Shown in pieces: positions 19,580-29,987 of a stretch of DNA of 64,000 nt. A model generated the notes under the pieces. The model did not search any database. It saw nothing but the letters and a program-made list of their open reading frames with translations, and had not been told where the DNA came from. Made by a program: the position numbers and the translations under genes. Within the stretch, counting starts at the first letter, position 1. Each line of letters starts with the position of its first letter. The stretch is from Calditrichia bacterium. Its GTDB lineage: Bacteria; Calditrichota; Calditrichia; JAJRVZ01. The stretch spans positions 384,001-448,000 of the forward strand of contig CAWCNS010000009.1 of the NCBI GenBank assembly GCA_963796965.1. The letters are read 5' to 3'.

Positions 19580-21679
19580 TTATATCCGAAATAAATAAGA
19601 CAGTTTGCTGAATACCATATAATTCTCTCTCCCAAATGAATAACGATGATAATTTCGCAATTCTTTATATGAGATATAGAAGGTAGATCCGGCAAAAAAT
19701 TCATAACCGATAAGAAAATCTATTTGCTGGGACTTGTATCGGGTATCGAGCTGTTGAATTACCCTTGAAAAAATATTTCGACTTATCTGATAATGTATAG
19801 AATTATTTAACAACCAGGTTTCATAAAGAACCCCTGTCTCGCCATTTATTTTCTGTTGATAAAAACTATCTGAATTTCTAATTAAAATATTTGGCGTGGG
19901 TTTTATGGTAAAACCAAGGGTCAGACTCTGGTCGATGCCTTCACGCTGTTCTGTAAAATTTTCCACATATAAAGCGCGTTGACTTTTATAATAACCAATG
20001 TTACCGTCAATCAGGGAGCCTGTCGCCGTGCCAAAACTCATACTAAAATTAGTAACCGGATATTTGTTATCATTCCAAATGAATTGATCCTCATGAATGA
20101 TCTGCGAACGCGCTTCACCGGTACTTATACTCAAGCTGGCATTTAGTTTGTTTATTGTTCCAATTGAAAAACTAGCCCCTGAACTACGGCCAACCTTCAA
20201 TCCGCCATAGGCTTCTGAATAATTCCCATGCGTTGATATATTTACAAATTCCAATCCCAAATCAGGAATATGCCATCTGTACCCCAGAGATAGTTGGGGA
20301 TTACGATAGCCGGTTTGGCCGACAATCCCCGTTTGTGGATTATAGTTAGGCCCGATATCAAGATAGGTAAAAGTATAATTTATACCCTCAACTTTTTGAA
20401 TCCTGTGATGCAAGTAAAGGAGGAAATTTTCATTTTTAGGGATATCTGAATTAAAAGTTGTCGCAAGTTGAAATTGAAAATGATGCTCCGCACCTTGGCT
20501 AAATTGTCCATCAATAGAAAAATTGCGATTATAGGTATTACCGCCCGATTCAAAGCCACTCATCATCATCCCAATTTTTGAAATTTTAAACACATCTTTC
20601 TGCAACCGAAGTGCATAAACCATCTTTTCATCGCCTGAAATGGGCGCATCCCAGGCGGTTAGAGCGCCAATGCTCCAGGGGCCTTCTTTACCGGTTAGTT
20701 TGCCCATCATCTTTGGATTTTCAATACGCCGGCTGTAAAAGAGTGAGAAAGGTAAGGCAAAGTGCGATGCACCTTCATTAAAAAAAGGGCGGTTTTCAGC
20801 GAGTTGATACTCATAGGGACTAAAATTAACAAAAAAACGATCGCTTTCTACCTGTGAAAAATCAGGTGCAAATGATCCATCCAGGACGAGATTTGGCGCC
20901 AATCCAAATTTAGCATCAAAACCTAAAGCAGCATCTCTCTCGACATAGGTTTTTCCTTGAGAATATCGAATGGCACCATAAGGTAAAACTTCTAAAATAT
21001 GCCCGTCAGATATATTTCTTATACCCCGAGCTTTTGCAAACATACTGTAGAAGTCATCATCATACCTACAATCAACTGAGTTTATTATTTCGCCTTTGCG
21101 ATAAATATTCCTGCCAATAACAATTCCCCATGACTGTTCCTTCCGGGCAGGAAAGCGTAACGATTTGAACGGTATTGCCATTTCACCGCTCCAACCAAGA
21201 CTATCGATAATTGCAGCTGAATGCCAAATGGTATCGAATGAGTTTTTTTGTACGCCTAAAGGATTTATTTGAAAAAGAAAATTCTCTCTCTGATTATCAT
21301 AGGTATCAATATAAATGAATGCATTGTCATCACTTTGCCATTGATTTCTAGGTGTTAATGTTGCCCTTATTTTATCCGGTTCAGAATCAAAACAGCGCAG
21401 ACCAATGTAAAGATTGTCTTCATCATAAACCAAATAAGCAACTGTTTTTTCGGTTGGCGCTGCCCCATTTTGAGGCGTGTATTGGTAGAATTCACCAATG
21501 ACCGCTGCACCTTGCCATATTTTTTCATCCAGAGTTCCATCAATCTCGGGCGATTGAGATGTCTGTGGTATAGTAATTACCGGACGGGCATAATTGCGAT
21601 TATTTTCAGCATATCCACTTGAGAATAGGAATAAGAGTAAGAACTGAATTATCCAGAGTATTAAGTTATTTTTAGGCAT
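19580..21679 (-). CDS. CBM9-like domain plus DUF5916-type outer membrane barrel protein
   Basis: PEIDGTLDE..W, EMAIPFKSLRF, PDFSQVESD, ENRPFF.EG, LFYSRRI and C-terminal KLSYLFRI. Confidence 0.85.
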   Translation of the reverse strand: MPKNNLILWIIQFLLLFLFSSGYAENNRNYARPVITIPQTSQSPEIDGTLDEKIWQGAAVIGEFYQYTPQNGAAPTEKTVAYLVYDEDNLYIGLRCFDSEPDKIRATLTPRNQWQSDDNAFIYIDTYDNQRENFLFQINPLGVQKNSFDTIWHSAAIIDSLGWSGEMAIPFKSLRFPARKEQSWGIVIGRNIYRKGEIINSVDCRYDDDFYSMFAKARGIRNISDGHILEVLPYGAIRYSQGKTYVERDAALGFDAKFGLAPNLVLDGSFAPDFSQVESDRFFVNFSPYEYQLAENRPFFNEGASHFALPFSLFYSRRIENPKMMGKLTGKEGPWSIGALTAWDAPISGDEKMVYALRLQKDVFKISKIGMMMSGFESGGNTYNRNFSIDGQFSQGAEHHFQFQLATTFNSDIPKNENFLLYLHHRIQKVEGINYTFTYLDIGPNYNPQTGIVGQTGYRNPQLSLGYRWHIPDLGLEFVNISTHGNYSEAYGGLKVGRSSGASFSIGTINKLNASLSISTGEARSQIIHEDQFIWNDNKYPVTNFSMSFGTATGSLIDGNIGYYKSQRALYVENFTEQREGIDQSLTLGFTIKPTPNILIRNSDSFYQQKINGETGVLYETWLLNNSIHYQISRNIFSRVIQQLDTRYKSQQIDFLIGYEFFAGSTFYISYKELRNYHRYSFGRENYMVFSKLSYLFRI

Positions 21680-21848
21680 AGTACGTTAATTGTAACTTCT
21701 GCTTAAATGGTTTTATGAATGTTTGGTTAATAAAATTCTATTTCTTAAAATAAAATACTCATCCCCCGGCGAGATGTATCAATTATATTTTGTTGAATAT
21801 GTGTTCACAAAACAATAATCATTATTAATTTTGCTATAAATTTGATTA

Positions 21849-21940
21849 GTCATTCCGAACCCTGGCCTGTCGCCAGGACAGGCTTGGTTCGGAATCTTAT
21901 AAACTCAATTACTTAGATCCTGAAACAAGTTCAGGATGAC
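21849..21940. repeat. GTCAT...ATGAC REP-like palindromic unit with 23-nt insert
   Basis: GTCATTCCGAAC[insert]TTGGTTCGGAATCT...AGATCCTGAAACAAGTTCAGGATGAC. Confidence 0.8.
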
Positions 21941-22077
21941 ACAAAGGTTAGCACATTCTCTGTCTTTATTTTAACTAATAATCTGTAAGCATCAAGTCGG
22001 GATTGGAGATATTAATATATTATCCAATACACCGCATAATCATTTACAAAAAGCAGTGAGTGTCTGCTTTATAATGC

Positions 22078-25000
22078 TTATTGATTTAATAAAGCCACAC
22101 AATCCATTATTTCTTCTCGTAAGAGTTCTACCGTTTGGTCATTATTCGACGCATCAATGACATAACGGGCCACCCCCATCTTTGCTTCCTGAAGTGATTG
22201 CTCAGCAACGGCCGGCAGGGTCACTTCAACGAGATGCCTGATCTGACTTTTTGCTGCCTCACTAACTGCGGCATCGTTCAATTTCTCTCGCAATGCAATT
22301 ACAATCCGGGTATCCTCAATGCTCTCACGAACGGCTTCCCAACGACGGCTTGACGTGTTCATGCCATCTTTGTCAGTGTAAACCAGGGGATATTCAAGGT
22401 CAATGGCCTCCCACATGGAAGGCCCGACATTGTAGCACCAATAACCGATGCCCGTAGCACCAAAATGATGGGCAAACAAGGCCGGAAGACGGTACTGGGC
22501 AACAACGTTAATTGTTTTAACATTTGCGCCGATTGGGCGCGCATAAGCATAGGCACAATCATAAGTCCAGAGCGTTTTCCCAGATTGCTCAAGAAACTTC
22601 ATAACCGGTGTTTCATCACCCAGCATAAAATAACTGGGGCACCAAACCTCAGCGATCTCATTGAGCGCTTCAAACATGGCCAGATCTCCGCCACCGTTAA
22701 TATAAAATTGCAATCCCGGTCGTGCTTTTACACCCTGGCGGGCAAAAGTGATATAGTGATTAACCGTATCCCAACCATGCCCTCCTGGCTCATCATGTGG
22801 GTAGAGGGCAACCCGATTTTCCGAAATACCCTGTGCCGCAAGATGCTGAATAACCTGCTTCAGATATGCGGCGAGACGTGGTACATAAGCTGCTTCTTCC
22901 ATTGGAATACCCAGATCGGGGATGCCAGGCATTAACAGGTAAACATCGTGTCCCTTCATTGGCCTGATAAACTCATCCGTTGCCGTAAAATCGATGTCCA
23001 ATTTAAGTGGTTCTTCGTTCTCAATTTTTACCGATGGTAACGGATGAGTAAAGACCGTATTACCGTGCGCCAGCAAGTCGACGACGGCATTCGCTTTGTA
23101 ACTGGCCCAGCAACATAAGCGCATCGCCTCGAATCCGGCCATTTCAAAAGGCAGTACTTCAAGTTCTATATTGGTGATTGTTTTTGACTTACCAGTTTCA
23201 AATATTACCTGTACATCGTAGTCACCGGCTTCTGCATCGGCCAGATCAATATCCAGCCAGATTTCACGGGTTTCCAGTGCAGGAATAGTTATTTTATTAT
23301 TACCAAGCGGTACTATCGGATCCCAGGCAATGGTCTTTTGATTCGTGGGTACTGGTTTCACTTCAAAAGATGTTACCTTCAGGGCTGCTGATTTTTTCTG
23401 CACCTGGCAACTGACTTCGACTGATTCCAGAGTCATATTCAGTAATTTGATGGAAACTGGCTCGTGTTCTCCGCTTATGCTCCGGCGTTGGATTTTTAAC
23501 GGAATGGCAATTTCCGAGGGCAGTTGCTGGTCTACATCCCGGTTTTCCCAGATCAATCCTTCAAATGCCACTATCTGAGTTTTCGGAGCATTATTGATAA
23601 TTGAATCTGAAATTCGGGCTAAGGATAATGCACGTTGCGAACGAATATTGAGTTTCGAGGTTCGGGTTTTTAACTGTTCATTAAATTCAGGTGAGGCACC
23701 CGGGGCAGCCAATTGCAGGTCTGCCAGGGCAGCAGCCTCTTCAGCAATTCCTTTTAATTCTTGATTCAGAGCTGCTTTCAAACCTTTTTCGGAAAGATCA
23801 GTTTTGAGTATTTCAACTTTTTTTCCCAAAGCCAGTACAGCTCGTTTTGCTAATGCCTGATCATTTACAAACGGTTGCAGTGTTAATTGGCGCGAACCGG
23901 CAACTAAAGCATTCCCGCTCGGATCTTTCAGGGTCCAGTTAAAATGATAAATTCCAGGTGCAGAAATCATAACCGGTAATTTCAGCAGTCCGTGTTGCCC
24001 AATAATTTTACCCACAGCCGATTGACGAGAACCGTCCGGACGGATACAACTTGCCTCTGCTTTTAAAATATTTTTATTCAAGCCTGGATTTTCTACACGA
24101 AACGAAATTTCAGTCCCCGTAAGAATTTGATCCCAATTTAAATTTTCCGGAACCATTTGAATTTTATCTGAACCGGCAAGTCCAAACCAGGCGGCTGCCA
24201 GATGATTATCGCCACGATAGGTATACCACTGGGCTATTGTCGTCTCAGGAGCTGGAATACCTAAACAGTAAATCAGGCCGCCCTCACCACCCGTAAGTGC
24301 CATCTCCAACCCGGGCCGCTCTTTAACAATGTCTCCAAAGGCAGGCGTTACATTGATTGTACGGCTGGCAAACTGATGGCTAAACACAACTTCTCCGGCA
24401 ATATTAAAAATCAGTAGATTACCACGCTGCGTACTGAGGGCATATTCCAGCACACCATTTCCATCCACATCGATAAGGGCACCGGAGGCCAAACTACGTC
24501 CCTGTGTATCGATATCCCATAGGACAGTCCCACCTTCATCATATCGATAGAGCGCACCCAATTGTGTCACAACAAATAAATCAGCACGACCATCACCATC
24601 AGGATCACCAACTGAAATAGTTGACGCGATCGCCCCATTTGTCGATCGTTTCCATTGAATTGTTCCCATGTTATCGAGACAAAAAAATTCTCCGGATTGC
24701 GATCCCGCAGCGATGCACACCTGTCCAATGGAATTTTGAAACAACACCGGAGAGCATGTCGACCAGTCCAGTGAGGGGCTGCCAACATCAAACTGCCATA
24801 GCGTTTTTCCTGTTGATGAAAGAGCAAATACCTTACCGGCAGTTGTCGCAATAATTATTTCCAGTAAGCCATCTTTACCTAAATCCCCTATTGCCGGAGA
24901 GGAGCATTCGCCATCAATCTGTTGTTGCCATTTAAGTTCACCTGTCAGGGCATCGTAAACGGATACAACACCTTTCTTATCACCCTGAATAACATCAATC

Positions 25001-25458
25001 TTACCATCGTTATCCAAATCTGCCAAAGCCGGTGCGGCGCCGAAGATCGGCGAGGTTTCTACCTGCCAAATAACTTCTCCCTTTCCATCCAAACAAGTGA
25101 ACAATCCTTTATTATCTCCGGCATAGATAAGTGGGATCTGATTTTCTCGCTCGAGAATGGCCGGACAAGTCGAATAGCGACCGCGGGTATCAAAGCGCCA
25201 GAGTTCCTCACCGGTACCGTCAACCACTATGATATGCTCGTAAGCTGCGGTCAAAATCTCATCATCACCATCACCATCCAGATCAGCAACCATTGCTGCC
25301 CCCTCCATCACCATATCAACATTAACCTCCCATAATTGGTTAATGTCCAGGGTTTCTGACGCGCTACTCAAGGTTGCGGATGCAATAAAAAAAATAACGA
25401 CTGAAAGAGCTATCCTAAGGTTAAGGCATGTTTTTATCCTTCTATACATAATTTGCAT
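22078..25458 (-). CDS. FG-GAP/PQQ-like beta-propeller fused to DUF4091/GH123-like C-terminal domain
   Basis: Repeated DLDGDG.DE, P.LADLDNDG and W.F/W.V motifs; C-terminal HDEP and SSRRWEAVRESIED. A GGAGG RBS precedes ATG 25458. Confidence 0.75.
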   Translation of the reverse strand: MQIMYRRIKTCLNLRIALSVVIFFIASATLSSASETLDINQLWEVNVDMVMEGAAMVADLDGDGDDEILTAAYEHIIVVDGTGEELWRFDTRGRYSTCPAILERENQIPLIYAGDNKGLFTCLDGKGEVIWQVETSPIFGAAPALADLDNDGKIDVIQGDKKGVVSVYDALTGELKWQQQIDGECSSPAIGDLGKDGLLEIIIATTAGKVFALSSTGKTLWQFDVGSPSLDWSTCSPVLFQNSIGQVCIAAGSQSGEFFCLDNMGTIQWKRSTNGAIASTISVGDPDGDGRADLFVVTQLGALYRYDEGGTVLWDIDTQGRSLASGALIDVDGNGVLEYALSTQRGNLLIFNIAGEVVFSHQFASRTINVTPAFGDIVKERPGLEMALTGGEGGLIYCLGIPAPETTIAQWYTYRGDNHLAAAWFGLAGSDKIQMVPENLNWDQILTGTEISFRVENPGLNKNILKAEASCIRPDGSRQSAVGKIIGQHGLLKLPVMISAPGIYHFNWTLKDPSGNALVAGSRQLTLQPFVNDQALAKRAVLALGKKVEILKTDLSEKGLKAALNQELKGIAEEAAALADLQLAAPGASPEFNEQLKTRTSKLNIRSQRALSLARISDSIINNAPKTQIVAFEGLIWENRDVDQQLPSEIAIPLKIQRRSISGEHEPVSIKLLNMTLESVEVSCQVQKKSAALKVTSFEVKPVPTNQKTIAWDPIVPLGNNKITIPALETREIWLDIDLADAEAGDYDVQVIFETGKSKTITNIELEVLPFEMAGFEAMRLCCWASYKANAVVDLLAHGNTVFTHPLPSVKIENEEPLKLDIDFTATDEFIRPMKGHDVYLLMPGIPDLGIPMEEAAYVPRLAAYLKQVIQHLAAQGISENRVALYPHDEPGGHGWDTVNHYITFARQGVKARPGLQFYINGGGDLAMFEALNEIAEVWCPSYFMLGDETPVMKFLEQSGKTLWTYDCAYAYARPIGANVKTINVVAQYRLPALFAHHFGATGIGYWCYNVGPSMWEAIDLEYPLVYTDKDGMNTSSRRWEAVRESIEDTRIVIALREKLNDAAVSEAAKSQIRHLVEVTLPAVAEQSLQEAKMGVARYVIDASNNDQTVELLREEIMDCVALLNQ

Positions 25459-25615
25459 TGAAACCTCCATTGAATTAGACGGTGGGTTAGATTGAATCAC
25501 TTATAAGATAATGAAAAAAATGATATTAAATTTAAATTTGTGGGGTTAAAAGGGGGCTTTTGAGGAATCAGTAGTTTCAATACTATATAATTTTGAAAAA
25601 TACAGTTGACCCGTT

Positions 25616-26380
25616 CTAATTATTATTCTTCGATTGATGCTCTTCGAGAAGATCTAACATATGATCAATTAAATTCGTACCCCCTATATCTCCATGACCG
25701 GGTATAACGGTCTGGCAATCCGGATAAGTTTCCAATACTTTCTTCAGGGTTTTTGGCCAGGCCTCTAAATCCGCATCACCGATAAAGCCCAGACTTTTCC
25801 AGTTCAAGGCTTTTACAGGACAACCAGCAAATAAGATTTTTTCTTTAGGGATCCAGACAAAGATGTTATCGACCGTATGACCTGCTCCAAAATATCTACA
25901 GATTATCTCCCGTCCATCTAAGTGGATTCTCAATGAGTCCTGGAATCCGGTATCGGGTATCGGCCGGCTTTTTGATTTAGCAATTTCTATGGTTTTATTA
26001 TGAGCGAACGTAGGGATCTGTTGCCTTTTTACTTCATCCAATCCCCCCATACAATCCATATGCCAGTGGGTAGCGATTACGCCTTCTACCTTAACTTTAA
26101 GACTATCCTCAAGCCAGGCAATTAGCATTCTGGTTTCATTGTTGGTCCAGGGCGTATCAATGATATAGGCTTTATCATTTTCTCTGATTATCAAACCATT
26201 CGCTGGAACATGTTTATAATCTTCCAGATCATAGTATGAAATATGAATGAAGATGTTTTCTGAAATTTTCCTTATTTCTAGGTTCTCAGATAGTTTAGCT
26301 AGCACATTCTGAGCTATTGACAGACTTGAGTAAACGATAAGTATCAGTGTAGATAATAAAAGATACATAATTTTATTCAT
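25616..26380 (-). CDS. Subclass B1 metallo-beta-lactamase
   Basis: Signal peptide, ANGL, IDTPW, THWHMDCMGG (HxHxD), GAGHTVDN, FAGC and PGHG. All six B1 zinc ligands are present. Confidence 0.92.
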   Translation of the reverse strand: MNKIMYLLLSTLILIVYSSLSIAQNVLAKLSENLEIRKISENIFIHISYYDLEDYKHVPANGLIIRENDKAYIIDTPWTNNETRMLIAWLEDSLKVKVEGVIATHWHMDCMGGLDEVKRQQIPTFAHNKTIEIAKSKSRPIPDTGFQDSLRIHLDGREIICRYFGAGHTVDNIFVWIPKEKILFAGCPVKALNWKSLGFIGDADLEAWPKTLKKVLETYPDCQTVIPGHGDIGGTNLIDHMLDLLEEHQSKNNN

Positions 26381-26478
26381 AGGTATTCCCCATATCTATA
26401 ACTACCCTTCATTAATAAATATTTTAATATCCCCATTTTTCAAAACTTCAATATTTAAAAAGTAATTTATATTTACCA

Positions 26479-27273
26479 TCAGATTCTCTCAGCCTCGACC
26501 TCTAATCTTACCATGGCCACATGAATTCTTCCTTCCCTGTCCGTGGTATCTTCTTCAATATACTTCGAACAAATTGTCTTTATAAAATGATCTTTTTTGT
26601 CGTTTGGCACTCTTTCGATATAGGGCAACCAAGTTGTACGAATCCAACCTTCCAAATCTGATTGTTGGTCATGTATCATATCTTTGGGGACAAGGTCAAC
26701 CCGGTTGATTTTGAATCCAGTTTCTGATAATAACTTTCTGTATTCCTGTATCCCATAAAATTCATAAGGAAAGTCAAAATTTTGAAAAAAGGGCTGCCAT
26801 TCTTTTGAAGAAATAAGTTTGCTCAAGACTGTAAGAATTTCTTGGGCATTGCCTTCCCCTCCCATTTGCAGGAGTATCTGGCCTCCGTTTTTTAAACCTT
26901 TAAAGATTTTTTCTAATACCGGTTTGTGGTTTTTAACCCAATGTAACGCTGCATTCGAAAACACTACATCAAAGCGTTCATCATATGACATAGATCTTAC
27001 ATCTTTAACCTGATATGAGAGGTTAGAATAATCTGATCCCGAAAATTTCTTCTTCGCCAATTCTATCATTGATTCTGAATTATCAATACCAAGAGCAGAT
27101 CCATTAGTTACCAGCGTAGCGATTTCTGCAGTTACTTTTCCATCGCCACAGCCAATATCAAGTACATTTTCTGATCCTTTCAGACGTAATTTTTGTATTA
27201 ACTCCTTCGCCCATTTTTGTTGAGACTGAGAATGACTCTCATAGTCCTTAGCATTCCATTTATATGTCTTCAT
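26479..27273 (-). CDS. Class I SAM-dependent methyltransferase (Tam-like)
   Basis: VLDIGCGDG, FDVVFSNAALHW. Confidence 0.9.
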   Translation of the reverse strand: MKTYKWNAKDYESHSQSQQKWAKELIQKLRLKGSENVLDIGCGDGKVTAEIATLVTNGSALGIDNSESMIELAKKKFSGSDYSNLSYQVKDVRSMSYDERFDVVFSNAALHWVKNHKPVLEKIFKGLKNGGQILLQMGGEGNAQEILTVLSKLISSKEWQPFFQNFDFPYEFYGIQEYRKLLSETGFKINRVDLVPKDMIHDQQSDLEGWIRTTWLPYIERVPNDKKDHFIKTICSKYIEEDTTDREGRIHVAMVRLEVEAERI

Positions 27274-27345
27274 TATATCCTTTTAAATGTTCTTGCATTG
27301 AAAAATAGACGATCACACGGCATTCTTTTTTGAATAATTACCCGA

Positions 27346-27846
27346 TTATTCCTGGGGTTTCATGCCAAATTTTGTCCATTCTTCTTTCGAGGGCCCATAG
27401 ATCCCAGGAACTTCAATATCCTGCAATCTCATGATGATGGTCATCTGTGCTCGGTGATGTATTTGGTGATGAACCAAGGCGGATAAAATTTTTCTCTTCT
27501 CCCATTGTTGTCCATACATTTCCATACTTTTGGTTAGATCAGCATCCTGCCATTTTTTTCTTAGTAATTCGATCAACGCATCATTATGGTCTTGATAGGT
27601 AGCAATAATTTCAGCAAATGTAGCTGGCATATCCTTATCCTCAAGATGGTCTTTTTCTATTATACCGGCCTTGTGCGGCATTTCCGTTAAAGTTTGTGTA
27701 ATATGCCAGGCCAGGCGTCCCAGACTTCTGATATTTTCTGCCACACGAACTGAAATTTTATCATCACTAATTTTTGAAAACAGATTTAGCGTATATTTTG
27801 CCTCTTCCTGCCAATCATTTACAAAATCCTCAATTTTTCTATACAT
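27346..27846 (-). CDS. DinB family protein
   Basis: RSLGRLAWHI, HQIHHRAQ, VPGIYGP. Confidence 0.9.
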   Translation of the reverse strand: MYRKIEDFVNDWQEEAKYTLNLFSKISDDKISVRVAENIRSLGRLAWHITQTLTEMPHKAGIIEKDHLEDKDMPATFAEIIATYQDHNDALIELLRKKWQDADLTKSMEMYGQQWEKRKILSALVHHQIHHRAQMTIIMRLQDIEVPGIYGPSKEEWTKFGMKPQE

Positions 27847-28047
27847 AATGGCACCTCATAGGAGACTATCATTCTCATAAATTTTACAGATAATATTGGA
27901 GAAACAAATAGATCGGTCATATACCTCTAAATGTAGGTGCTTTTCATGAAAATATAAAGGAATTTGGTGGTATTAGAAATGAATAGATAAGATAGACACC
28001 ATATTAAATGAATGTCAAATATCCAAATCCAAATGACAAATGAATGT

Positions 28048-28498
28048 CTAATACCCAAGCACTATCCCCTCAGAAATACTTATTGCTTCCCCATGATTGA
28101 AGTGTCCCACGATCAATAAGATTCCTTCATTAATAGGCGCATTTATTCTTGGTGCACTCACTAATTGATGACCAACCAGGATTGCAGCATTTTTTCCAAT
28201 ATGTTTATCAGTAAATTCCGCAAATTTTATACGTCCCTCATTATTGAGCATGATCTTCACTTGAGGATGTGTCTGCCAATCGATTACCTCTGCCGATTTT
28301 ATGTCATTATTATTCAGGAAAATAGAATCAGATACAAAGAACTTCTGATCTGTTTTATACAAAACCATTTCATTGACAGGGGGATACATGTTCAGATTGC
28401 GCCAATCGAAGTTCAAATAATAAGAATTTTTTGTCGAAATTATTCTCCGAACACGAGAAAAAAAACATTAACAGTAAAATAGAAATAGATATTTTCAT
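28048..28498 (-). CDS. Stand-alone SecD/SecF P1 head-like lipoprotein (frameshift near 28380)
   Basis: ATG 28498 gives MKISISILLLMFFFSC. It joins through a C run to ..KFAEFTDKHIGKNAAILV..LVSAPRINAPINEG. Confidence 0.7.
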
Positions 28499-28675
28499 TA
28501 CAATCCCTCCCAGATTTATTAATACTTTAAAAAATCTCATAATAATACATCATGGAATTGATACCCATCAAAATTGATTTTATTCTGTTTCCATTTCAAA
28601 ATCAGATAGTCTTTAAAGATTTAAACTTAAAGGATTTATTCTTTTTAGATTAAAATCTGTTATTTTTTTTAATAT

Positions 28676-29718
28676 TTATGAATTCTGTCTACAGCTAAAA
28701 ATTTCAACCAAACCTTCTTTACCTCTCAGTTCTACCTCGCCAAGAGACCGAATATCAAATTGCCTGGTTTCCACAAATTCTTTAGCGAGTGTTGCTGAAA
28801 GTAGAAGTTGTTTATCAAATTTATTGCAAAATCCCTGGATACGTGCTGCGGTATTGAGTACATCCCCATGAAAAGCGATCTCTGTTTTCAATTCACCAAC
28901 TTCTGCTACCGTTACAAACCAAGCGCCATCCCAGCTTTAAACTCCGGAAAAACATTATATCTATCTAGAAAATATTCCTTTTTACTTTCGAGTTTATCCA
29001 TAAAATCATAAAACATATGTAGACAATTCTCGTTCGAAAGGCCATCCTCCTTTTGCCAGGATATAACGGCTTCATCGCCTACGTATTGATATATCTGACC
29101 TTTATTTGTAATAACGGGCTCCGTTAATTCAGCAAAACAGTCCTGAATGAGTTTACTATACAAAACATGATCTAATTTTTCTGCAATTGATGTGGATGAT
29201 TTTAGATCCAGGAACATAAATATTCTTTCTTCTTCCTTAGGATTAAAATATTTGCCCGTTAAGTATTCCAACAGCACTCCTGGGCCAAATTTCTTATTCA
29301 TCTGCTTAAAAAAATGAAATAAGAAACTGGCAATTGAGAAGGTCACAAAATTTCCTAATGAGATAGCAGAGAATAAATATTTGAATGCAAAATCCAATGA
29401 ACCGCTACCTATCCAGGCCGCGAAAAGAGTAATAATTAAAAATATTATTATATAGATCATTGTTTTTGAAAAGACGACATATCCGAATGATTTTCGTTTT
29501 CTGACAATGAATCTTTCATCTACAATTTCTATCAAACCCCAAAGAAATCCTCCCAGCACCCCACCAGGAATGGAGGTATAATAAAATTTTGATAATGGGA
29601 CTGTTATGGGACCTTCCAGGATAAACTCAAGACCCACAAATCGAACTGTGACCCCAACCATAACCACAAAGGTCCAATAAATAACTGAGATTGCCAATTC
29701 TTTGATAATTAATTTCAT
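28676..29718 (-). CDS. Membrane-anchored class III adenylate/guanylate cyclase (frameshift near 28915)
   Basis: Four TM segments, FMFLDLKSST, YVGDE, FKAG, then GDVLNTAARIQ and LRGK in the next frame. Confidence 0.88.
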
Positions 29719-29987
29719 AGTAAAATCCTAAATCAAATGTATTCGTTTCACAGCTATTTGAGTACCTATCAGAATTAAATAATAATCACTAAACAGAATC
29801 ATCATAAAGTTAATCAATTACAGAGAAATATAGATAATATTTGAATGTGAATGAGTACTTAGCATCGTCAAATGTGAAATTCTATATCAATTTTCATCTC
29901 TTTTGAGAGATTTTCCACCAATATAGTCTCTTTATTATCAAATAATCCCACATCAAAATACCACTAAACATTATCAGGAGGTGTAAT

